A stretch of 60,780 bases of DNA, counting the filler, from Nitrospinae bacterium RIFCSPLOWO2_12_FULL_45_22 (GTDB lineage: Bacteria > 2-12-FULL-45-22): NCBI GenBank assembly GCA_001803565.1. It is 5 parts of 5 records of this genome, joined end to end, with 100 filler letters (N's around TTAATTAATTAA, not from the genome) between each part and the next. Parts side by side here need not be neighbours in the genome. Positions count along the whole stretch, not along the records: positions 1 to 17,087 come from MHDQ01000275.1; 4 more parts are not named here. The stretch is one strand, 5' to 3'. Made by a program: the position numbers and the translations under genes. The notes under the pieces were generated by a model. That model searched no databases. It saw nothing but the letters and a program-made list of their open reading frames with translations, and was not told where the DNA came from. Shown one piece after another: positions 1-7,418 of the stretch (its first letter is position 1; every line of letters starts with the position of its first letter).

Positions 1-1765
1 CAGTGGGTAAGTTACTGGCAGAGAAGGTTAATGTATCATCATCAGGGTCTGTGGCGGTTGTGATAATTTGTAGGGGCTCCCCTTCATTGACCGCCTTGTT
101 GCCTATGGGACCGAGCACCGGCGGATCATTGACCGGGTTGATGGTAATACTGACCGTGGCCGGTGCACTATCTACTTGCCCATCATTGAGCATAAAGGTA
201 AAAGAGTCAGATCCTTGGAAGTCAGCATCCGGTGTATAGGTCAGGTCAGGAGGAGTTCCACTCAACAGCCCGTGATCAGGTTGATCACTCATCGCATAGG
301 TCAAAGAGTCCCCATCTGGATCACTTCCCAGGATAATAGATACGGGCGTATCCTCATTTGTCGTCACTGTCTGATCAGCAGCTACAGGTGGACGGTTTAC
401 CACCTCGGGTCTATCTTTATCATATTTTATAGTAAAATAGTCCGAAGAAGAATCACTCCCAACGTTTGCTCCCGTCACATAGACCGCGTCGTTGTTATCT
501 AATGCTATATCATTAGCAGAGTCATTCCCATTTCCTGGCCCGTTTTCTCTAGCTATCCAGATTAGGTTCCCATCTGTATCATATTTGATGGTAGTATAGT
601 CTCCTTCAGAACCACTTCCATCACTTTCGCCAGTAACATACACATTACCATTAGTATCCAGGGCTAAAGCATCAGCCCAATCCAAATTGTTTCCTGGGCC
701 GTTATACCGAGACACCCATTGTTCAGTCCCATTAGCATCGTATTTGAGGGTAATATAATCATAATAAGAAGCCCCGCCATGGCTGACCCCAGCCACGTAG
801 ACATTGCCGTCATGATCTACCGCTATGGCATCACCTTCATCCCCAAATGCCACGGGTCCTTGATATGTGGCAGTCCAAAGCTGGGTTCCATTTGCATCAT
901 ACTTGATTGTAATACAATCATCCTTCTTAGAGGTGCCTCCCCATGTCAAGCCAGTAACATACACATTACCATCATCATCTATAGTTAAAGCACCACCCAT
1001 ATCCCTGTGATTCCTTGGACCATTATACCTAACCAGCCACAACCTGTTACCATCAGTATCATATTTGATGGTAGCAATGTCCTCCGTATTGTTGCCGCCC
1101 GCTCGGCTATAACCCGTCACATAGACATTCCCCAATTCATCTATCTTCATGGAATTGAGCCAATCGGTGCTGTTCCCGGGGCCATTATATCGATCCAGCC
1201 AGAGAAGATTTCCATCAAGATCATATTTAATGATGACATAGTCGTAGCCGGTGCCAACTCCCGTACTTACACCTGCTACGTAGACATTACCATCTTCATC
1301 TACCGCAATGGCAAACGCTTCATCATTGCCATTCCCGCTATCATATCGGGCTTCCCAAACTTGGCTCCCATCATCAGCATCATATTTTATGGTTATATAA
1401 TCGTTTTTCGCTATACTGAGGTCGCCCCAACTCCCACCCGCGACATAGACATTACCCCTATTATCCACGGCAATCGCATTGCACCCATCACTGATATTTG
1501 CCGGTCCATTATAACTGGCTGCCCATATTTGGTTCCCATCGGCATCATACTTGACGGTGGTACAGTCAGAAGTCGAAGCGCCATTACCGATACTCGACCC
1601 GGTAACATAAACATTACCATCGAGATCTACGGCTAAGGCATTCGAGACATCACCACCGTTTCCTCCGCCATCATACCTGGCTGTCCATTCTCCTATCTGA
1701 GCACTAACCAAACACGGGAGGAATATCCAACACAAAACCAAGCACAAGACACTTTTCTTTTTCAT
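1..1765 (-). CDS. Secreted surface protein with 8 SBBP-type beta-propeller repeats followed by Ig/cadherin-like (Big_9-type) domains; runs off the window end
   Basis: Not in the ORF track because there is no stop in the window. Manual translation from ATG 1765 (AGGAG upstream) gives MKKKSVLCLVLCWIFLPCLVSAQ (signal peptide), 8 repeats of the form A(V/L)DxxGNVYV(T/A)G, then NRPPVAADQTVTTNEDTPVSIILGSDPDGDSLTY. The + strand ORFs 176-502, 719-988 and 1007-1636 are its codon-aligned antisense shadows. Confidence 0.9.
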   Translation of the reverse strand, partial: MKKKSVLCLVLCWIFLPCLVSAQIGEWTARYDGGGNGGDVSNALAVDLDGNVYVTGSSIGNGASTSDCTTVKYDADGNQIWAASYNGPANISDGCNAIAVDNRGNVYVAGGSWGDLSIAKNDYITIKYDADDGSQVWEARYDSGNGNDEAFAIAVDEDGNVYVAGVSTGVGTGYDYVIIKYDLDGNLLWLDRYNGPGNSTDWLNSMKIDELGNVYVTGYSRAGGNNTEDIATIKYDTDGNRLWLVRYNGPRNHRDMGGALTIDDDGNVYVTGLTWGGTSKKDDCITIKYDANGTQLWTATYQGPVAFGDEGDAIAVDHDGNVYVAGVSHGGASYYDYITLKYDANGTEQWVSRYNGPGNNLDWADALALDTNGNVYVTGESDGSGSEGDYTTIKYDTDGNLIWIARENGPGNGNDSANDIALDNNDAVYVTGANVGSDSSSDYFTIKYDKDRPEVVNRPPVAADQTVTTNEDTPVSIILGSDPDGDSLTYAMSDQPDHGLLSGTPPDLTYTPDADFQGSDSFTFMLNDGQVDSAPATVSITINPVNDPPVLGPIGNKAVNEGEPLQIITTATDPDDDTLTFSASNLPT

Positions 1766-1832
1766 ACCATACTCCTTTATAGCTTAAATACCATTTGAAA
1801 ATAAAAGGACCTAACTTAACTTACAAAGGTTC

Positions 1833-1865
1833 AAAAAATATAGCTCCGCCATTGCATCCGGAGCT
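1833..1865 (-). terminator. Intrinsic terminator-like hairpin in the leader of the SBBP gene
   Basis: Minus strand AGCTCCG-gatgcaatgg-CGGAGCT followed by ATATTTTTT, ending about 70 bp before the start codon. Confidence 0.6.
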
Positions 1866-1941
1866 TTTTCTCCGAAAAGCTAATAAAATCAATATATTAG
1901 AGAAAATTCTATAATTGGGTTGAAGAGCAACCCGGCTAATC

Positions 1942-2072
1942 AAATTTTAAACCCTACGCACTAAACCTAAGACAATATCAAAATCCTAAATCCAAATCTC
2001 AAAACCATTTTATGATTTTGAATTTTAGTCATTTGCATTTGTTTAGGATTTAGTGTTTCGAATTTAGAATTT
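1942..2072. repeat. AT-rich imperfect palindromic element built of roughly 7-mer AAATCC/AAATTC units
   Basis: Left arm aaattttaaaccctacgcactaaacctaagacaa is roughly the reverse complement of right arm ttgtttaggatttagtgtttcgaatttagaattt. Confidence 0.6.
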
Positions 2073-2166
2073 ATATAATGTGACAATGTCAAATTAATCT
2101 ACCTACCCTAATAAAGGTAATCAGTGATTAGTGGTCACTAACCAGTCACTAGTAACCATTAACCAT

Positions 2167-2676
2167 TCACAAGATTTCTATCATAGAGCATGGGAGCTCG
2201 ACCCGGTTCTGTCCCCCAATAAGCTCCATTAGAATCCGTACCCTACCACTAGCTAAAGGGGGATCTTCAATTATGCCTACTAATCCCCTTAACGCTCCAC
2301 TCATTATTCTAACCTTATTACCTACTTTATTACCTACTTTTAAATTATTGGTGGGCTTCGGTTTAATCATTCCGGATCTAGATGCGTGGTGCTGTAAGAA
2401 GGAAACTATATCGTCATCAATAGGGACAGGGGTATCTCCATAACCTATAAGCCTCTTTACACCCGGTTTCCATCTAATTTTGCCATATTCAGCAGAGAGG
2501 GAGATATTAACGAATATATAACAGGGGAATAAAGGGGCAACCCTTGGTGTATTCCCCCGGGGCTGTTTTTCCTGGATCTTTGGCAAGAAAGTAGTTATAT
2601 TCTCTTGCTCCAAGCCGGTACAAACCAGCTCTTCCTTCTTGGGCTTAGTATAGAGTGCATACCAACGTTTTTCCAT
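2167..2676 (-). CDS. NusG-paralog transcription antiterminator (RfaH/UpxY-like)
   Basis: WYALYTKPKKE, PLFPCYIFV, PGVKRLIGYG and PVPIDD in the NGN domain; KOW-like KVRIMSGALRGLVGII. Lies in a polysaccharide locus. Confidence 0.9.
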   Translation of the reverse strand: MEKRWYALYTKPKKEELVCTGLEQENITTFLPKIQEKQPRGNTPRVAPLFPCYIFVNISLSAEYGKIRWKPGVKRLIGYGDTPVPIDDDIVSFLQHHASRSGMIKPKPTNNLKVGNKVGNKVRIMSGALRGLVGIIEDPPLASGRVRILMELIGGQNRVELPCSMIEIL

Positions 2677-2834
2677 TTTCTAAAAGACCTCCTCGAACCG
2701 TGAAGACAGGAGACGGTAGTTGCGATTCAGTAAGTCCATCTAATCTTGTAACCGTTTACCCGTCCAACCTTTCTCTCCCTGTGCCGTTGGCATGGCATAC
2801 AGGCCTGCCACTAAGGCACAAAGACACCAAAAGT

Positions 2835-4253
2835 TTAGCTGGCGCCATTCCCGGTAAGAACAGCCGGGACAGTTTTTAACAGCAATTTCAAGTCAAGATT
2901 TAAGGACCAGTTATCAATATATTCCAGGTCCATCTTCATCCATTCATCAAAATCAATCTTGTTTCTCCCCGTTACCTGCCAGATGCAGGTTATACCAGGT
3001 CGCATACTTAGCCGACGCCTTTGCCACCTCTCATATTGAACAACCTCATCCGGGATGGGTGGCCTGGGCCCCACTAAGCTCATATCTCCTTTAAACACAT
3101 TTATCAGTTGAGGAAGCTCATCAAGACTAAACTTCCGAATTAATTTCCCCACAGGCGTAACCCGAGGATCATTCTTTATCTTAAATACTGGTCCGTTTAA
3201 TTCATTCAGGTTTCTCAACTCCCTCAACTTCTTCTCAGCATCTACTACCATGGACCTAAATTTATATAAATAAAAAATACGGCCCTGAAGCCCTACTCTT
3301 ATTTGCTTAAATAGTACTAGCCCGGGCGAGGTAAGTTTTATAGCCAGAGAGATCAATAGGAAAAGGGGAGAGATGAGAATTAACAGAAAACCAGACCCAA
3401 TAATATCAAATACCCTCTTAGCAAGCAGGGCTATCTCCTGGGAAGGGATAGTAGTGTAGTTTAATATCGGTATCTCCATAAATTTTGTGAAATGAGTTTG
3501 GGCTATCGTGGTATTAAACAAATCTGCCCTAACAGCAATATCTACCCCGGCCTCTTCGCAGGTATAAACCAAATCGTCTAACCTATGGAGCCAACTTCTG
3601 GGCAGGGCTATTATCACCTCATCTACTACATTCCTATCAAGAATCCTGGGGAGATCATCTAGCTTGCCGATTATTCGGGAGTCCAGGAGCCTTGCATCTT
3701 CCTCCCTAGGTGCATCATCTAAATACCCTAAAACCTTTATCCCCCAATACGGATGAGAATTAAATAATTCTCCTAGCTTCTGGGCCCGGTTGCCAGTACC
3801 TATAATAAGGACATTGCGGCAGTTGTGACCCTTAACCCGTATCTTTCTCAATATAATAGTAGCTGCTATTCGAATACCTACTAATATGAAAAAATTGATA
3901 AAAACAAAGGATATGAACATTAGTCGACTGAATTCCTCTTTAGCCAAAAAGTTATAAAGAGAAATTAATAACAAACCTACGGAGTTAACCTTAATAACCA
4001 ACAGGATATGTTCCCAAAGGGTCTTTTTCCTTAAAGGCTCGTACCCTCCATAATATTTCAATAAGACGGGCCATATAAACAATACCCCTACCAATAACCA
4101 TAAGTGCTTATTGAAAGGTGCGGTAGAACTTAGATAGTCTCTGTAAAAGAGTATTAGCCGTATTTGATAGGCCAAGAGAAAGGATAAACCAATAGTAAAT
4201 GTATCGGTAATAAAAAAGAGGTGCCTTAATAAGTTAATTTTATGCCTTAGCAT
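2835..4253 (-). CDS. Priming polyprenyl-phosphate hexose-1-phosphate transferase (WcaJ/WbaP-like sugar transferase)
   Basis: N-terminal TM helices, Rossmann-like VLIIGTG, C-terminal KFRSM...DPRVT..GKLIRKFSLDELPQLINVFKGDMSLVGPRP. Confidence 0.95.
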   Translation of the reverse strand: MLRHKINLLRHLFFITDTFTIGLSFLLAYQIRLILFYRDYLSSTAPFNKHLWLLVGVLFIWPVLLKYYGGYEPLRKKTLWEHILLVIKVNSVGLLLISLYNFLAKEEFSRLMFISFVFINFFILVGIRIAATIILRKIRVKGHNCRNVLIIGTGNRAQKLGELFNSHPYWGIKVLGYLDDAPREEDARLLDSRIIGKLDDLPRILDRNVVDEVIIALPRSWLHRLDDLVYTCEEAGVDIAVRADLFNTTIAQTHFTKFMEIPILNYTTIPSQEIALLAKRVFDIIGSGFLLILISPLFLLISLAIKLTSPGLVLFKQIRVGLQGRIFYLYKFRSMVVDAEKKLRELRNLNELNGPVFKIKNDPRVTPVGKLIRKFSLDELPQLINVFKGDMSLVGPRPPIPDEVVQYERWQRRRLSMRPGITCIWQVTGRNKIDFDEWMKMDLEYIDNWSLNLDLKLLLKTVPAVLTGNGAS

Positions 4254-4263
4254 AGGGCTTTGC

Positions 4264-4452
4264 TCATCTCCATTCCCAGCCGCATTTGCATACCACTACC
4301 TTCAGCGGGTCTTCTTTCTTTAAGATTGCCCCACAATTCCAACATTTTCTTACCCATACCATCGGGCCTTGGTTTTTGCCGAGGAATCTCATTCCTATGA
4401 ATTGGGTTTGTAGTTGTAATATCATTCCCTTAACCCTTTTAACATTGCTCAT
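4264..4452 (-). CDS. Small putative zinc-ribbon protein (62 aa)
   Basis: GAGG RBS 8 nt before the ATG; CWNC...CKCG motif; first ORF after a sigma54 promoter and ends 10 nt before the sugar transferase. Confidence 0.55.
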   Translation of the reverse strand: MSNVKRVKGMILQLQTQFIGMRFLGKNQGPMVWVRKCWNCGAILKKEDPLKVVVCKCGWEWR

Positions 4453-4495
4453 GCTCTAGACCTCTTGATATTTGCTCCGGTTATAAATAATAATT

Positions 4496-4511
4496 TGCAA
4501 TAACTGTGCCA
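4496..4511 (-). promoter_or_regulatory. sigma54 -24/-12 promoter
   Basis: TGGCACAGTTATTGCA (GG-N10-GC), a consensus match. Confidence 0.85.
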
Positions 4512-4608
4512 TTTTTTTTGCAAGCTCTAATTTTCCTTGATATATCTAGTAGAACAAGGAATTTATGGGATATAGGTCTTGCAGAAGGATAGGGAAAAAG
4601 AGTGAAAA

Positions 4609-4647
4609 TGGGAAGTAAATTACCCAATATAAGAACAATTATTCTCT
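4609..4647. promoter_or_regulatory. Tandem 18-bp palindromic upstream activator sites (putative bEBP enhancer)
   Basis: TGGGAAGTAAATTACCCA-ata-TAAGAACAATTATTCTCT, 99 bp from the -24 GG. Confidence 0.6.
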
Positions 4648-4721
4648 GATCGACATTCAAGAGATTTTGAATTTCCTAATGCATCCGTGGCAAAAAATTT
4701 GGAAGTGAGGGAGGATTATCC

Positions 4722-5204
4722 TTAAGGCAATAATATCTGGTTTTCTCCCTTTACTCTTGCCTGGCTCAATAATGAGGCAGCTTTATCTATGATAGCCTGT
4801 GTATCAACCCCGTCAGTAGGGAAACAGACAGCACCAATACTTAGCGACACTTTATCTTCGCCAAAGTTATAGGTTTTAATTGAATCTATTAGCCTCTCCC
4901 CCACTTTCACGGGAGTGTGATTATCTGTTTCTACGAGGATGATAAATAATTTACCTTTGTCAAACCACCCGATAATATCTGAATTGCGGATTTCTCTACT
5001 GATTAAGCAGGTAACAGTATTCATAATTTCTTTTTTCTTCACCCTAGCATTGATTCCTTTACTGGAGAGTCTTATATTTGGCTGAGCTAGAACGAGAGAG
5101 AAAAATAATCTATAACGATGAGCCCTCTTTACTTCTTTATCAAAAAAATAATCAAACATCCTCCGCGTCAATACCTCATTTAAATTATTTAAATTATTTT
5201 GCAA
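4722..5204 (-). CDS. Stand-alone degenerate GGDEF-domain protein
   Basis: LTRRMFDYFFDKEVKRAHRY, IRNSDIIGW, SLSIGAVCFP. The GGDEF motif is replaced by DKGKL; RxxD (RNSD) is kept. TTG start. Confidence 0.8.
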   Translation of the reverse strand: MQNNLNNLNEVLTRRMFDYFFDKEVKRAHRYRLFFSLVLAQPNIRLSSKGINARVKKKEIMNTVTCLISREIRNSDIIGWFDKGKLFIILVETDNHTPVKVGERLIDSIKTYNFGEDKVSLSIGAVCFPTDGVDTQAIIDKAASLLSQARVKGENQILLP

Positions 5205-5290
5205 CTTTCTGTCCTCTGGCGGAAAAGGTTAGACTTTTAAACCCTAGTAACTAAAATAACCAAGTTATCGCCCTTCGGGCGGGCTTTTTA

Positions 5291-5438
5291 GACAGGATTA
5301 ACAGGATTTACCAATTTTTCCCTTGAAAATACCTTCTTGTCAGGCTGGAAGCCTGACCTATTTTTCATGTCCTTTGTGAGCCAATAGCTCATGAGCGCTT
5401 CCTCTGTATTTATCCTGCTTCATCTGGTAAATCCTGTC
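5291..5438. repeat. Nested palindromic element: GACAGGATTAACAGGATTTAC...GTAAATCCTGTC shell containing a carrier element and a REP-like hairpin
   Basis: Terminal inverted repeats are visible; inner hairpin GTCAGGCTGGAAGCCTGAC at 5339-5357. Confidence 0.7.
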
Positions 5439-5655
5439 AAAAAAGGAAATTGGTATGCGATCTACCTCCTCGGAATTGATACCCTGAAAAACCGCATTAT
5501 TAAAATGAAAATTCCTATGCTATCAAGTTATCGTCTCTAGGGCACCGGGGTGAACCCTTTAGGTTCTTTATCAAAAGCTAAAACCTTTACTCCCAAGATG
5601 AAAATTCCAATATTATTAATATCATTAAATAATATCGTTAGAGAGAAACAATTAT

Positions 5656-5671
5656 AGCAAAAAATATGCCA
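5656..5671 (-). promoter_or_regulatory. sigma54 -24/-12 promoter
   Basis: TGGCATATTTTTTGCT (GG-N10-GC) upstream of the GGDEF gene. Confidence 0.75.
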
Positions 5672-5760
5672 TTGTTTCTTATATCAAACGAAAGCTTAGG
5701 AAAAGAGAATGCTTTCAGGTTTTTAATGGGAATAAATGAGGGGGGAAAAATTAGACAAAT

Positions 5761-5799
5761 AGGGAATTATATTTCTCAAATTAGGTAAAATAATGCTCA
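5761..5799. promoter_or_regulatory. Tandem 18-bp upstream activator sites
   Basis: AGGGAATTATATTTCTCA-aat-TAGGTAAAATAATGCTCA, 91 bp from the -24 GG. Confidence 0.55.
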
Positions 5800-5817
5800 T
5801 TCATTGGAGGGATAAAT

Positions 5818-7215
5818 TTAATGGTCTTCCAGACCACATTCCCTGATCTTATTGAGGAGTCCTTTATAACTTATATTTAGAATACGGGCGGCTTGAGCCT
5901 TATTCCATCTGGTACGATCCAATATTGACTTTATTAGCTCCTTTTCTGCCTTTAGGGCTGCTTTTCTCCCTATTTCTTTCAAGGGTATAGAGGCACTATG
6001 GCAGAGGTCTAGGGGGTTTTCTCCTTGATTCTCTGCGCGTTGGGAGATATTATGAGAAAGTTCTTCTAGGATAAGATTTTCGCTTTGGAAAACTACTAGT
6101 TTCTTGATCATATTCTCTAGCTCTCTAACATTCCCTGGCCAGGAGTATTGCTCAAAGAACTTCATCAGAACGGGGGAGATCTTCTTGATTTTTGTGCCAT
6201 GCTTTCTATTGTATTTATCCAAGAAGTGTTGGCATAGAATTGGTATATCTTCCCTCCTCCACCTTAAGGGAGGGGCTACAATTTTTACCACGTTTAACCG
6301 ATAGTAGAGATCCTTTCGGAAGGTTCCTTGCTCTACTGAAACCTCTAGGTCCTTATTGGTAGAGGCTACCAGCCGCACATCAACCTTAATATCCTTCTCC
6401 CCCCCAACCCGGGTAAATTCTCCATCTTGCAGCACTTGCAAGAGCTTTGCCTGCAGCATCAGGTCAATCTCACCAATCTCGTCCAAGAATATGGTGCCCC
6501 GATTAGCCAATTCAAACCTCCCTGCCTTTTGCCGATAAGCCCCAGTAAAAGCCCCTTTTTCATGTCCATAAAGCTCGCTTTCTAAAAGCTCTTTAGGTAA
6601 AGCAGCACAATTGACTTTGATGAATGGCTTGTCCTTTCTAGGAGATCTCAGGTGGAGATAGCGGGCTATAACCTCCTTTCCTACACCACTCTCCCCCAGG
6701 ATCAATACCGGTACATCAGAATCGGATATCTGTTCTATTAATCCTTTAATCTTCTCCATTGGGGCACTGATGCTTACAAAAGCTATCGCTTCCTCTCCCC
6801 TAAGCTGCTCATTTAGGTCCCTGATCTCCTGCAATAATTCTTGCTTCTCAAAGACCTTATTAATGGCAATCCGTAACTCATCATCCTCAAAAGGTTTTTT
6901 TATGTAATCACAAGCCCCACTCTTCATGGCCTCAACAATAGTCTCGATCTGATCAACTCCAGAAAGCATGATCACCGGCATGTCTGGTGAGATATTTTTT
7001 ATCTCCCGAAGCGTCTCTAAGCCATCCATTCCTGGCATCAAAACATCTAACAATACCACGCTTGGGCTAATCCCTTTCCGGATGATGTTCAAGGCCTCTT
7101 GTCCACTTATAGCGGTGGTAACCTTATATTCTTTTTTTAGGGAAAATAAATTTTTTATATAGTTCACCAGGCTAATGTCATCATCTATTACCAGAAGAGA
7201 ACGACCTTTTTTCAT
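5818..7215 (-). CDS. sigma54-dependent response regulator (REC-AAA+-HTH, NtrC/AtoC family)
   Basis: Intact receiver (LLVIDDD, LLDVLMP), GESGVGKE, GAFTGA, FLDEIG, WPGNVRELEN, C-terminal Fis-type HTH. Confidence 0.95.
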   Translation of the reverse strand: MKKGRSLLVIDDDISLVNYIKNLFSLKKEYKVTTAISGQEALNIIRKGISPSVVLLDVLMPGMDGLETLREIKNISPDMPVIMLSGVDQIETIVEAMKSGACDYIKKPFEDDELRIAINKVFEKQELLQEIRDLNEQLRGEEAIAFVSISAPMEKIKGLIEQISDSDVPVLILGESGVGKEVIARYLHLRSPRKDKPFIKVNCAALPKELLESELYGHEKGAFTGAYRQKAGRFELANRGTIFLDEIGEIDLMLQAKLLQVLQDGEFTRVGGEKDIKVDVRLVASTNKDLEVSVEQGTFRKDLYYRLNVVKIVAPPLRWRREDIPILCQHFLDKYNRKHGTKIKKISPVLMKFFEQYSWPGNVRELENMIKKLVVFQSENLILEELSHNISQRAENQGENPLDLCHSASIPLKEIGRKAALKAEKELIKSILDRTRWNKAQAARILNISYKGLLNKIRECGLEDH

Positions 7216-7418
7216 TCTGGTATTCCTCGTATTTCACTGTCCCGGCTCTGTAGGGAATAACACTCCCCCTCTAGAAAAAAGGAGTACATATTTACCACAG
7301 AATGACAGTTAACAGGTGTTACGGGATTGAAAGATTGATCCTGATAACTAGAGACCAATATTACCCATTTACTGATAGTAGTATAAATATAATGCTCCTC
7401 ACATCGTATGGCAAAAAT

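Noticed and set aside
176-1636. + strand Ile-rich ORFs (176-502, 719-988, 1007-1636)
   Set aside because: Codon-aligned antisense shadows of the minus-strand SBBP/Ig gene.
1918-1938. TAGCCGGGTTGC (minus strand), resembling the 3' end of a c-di-GMP-I riboswitch
   Set aside because: No 5' half is present; explained by a simple GGGTTG/CAACCC hairpin.
2711-2724. GACGGTAG ops-like sequence near the RfaH-like gene
   Set aside because: On the wrong strand for the operon and an imperfect match.
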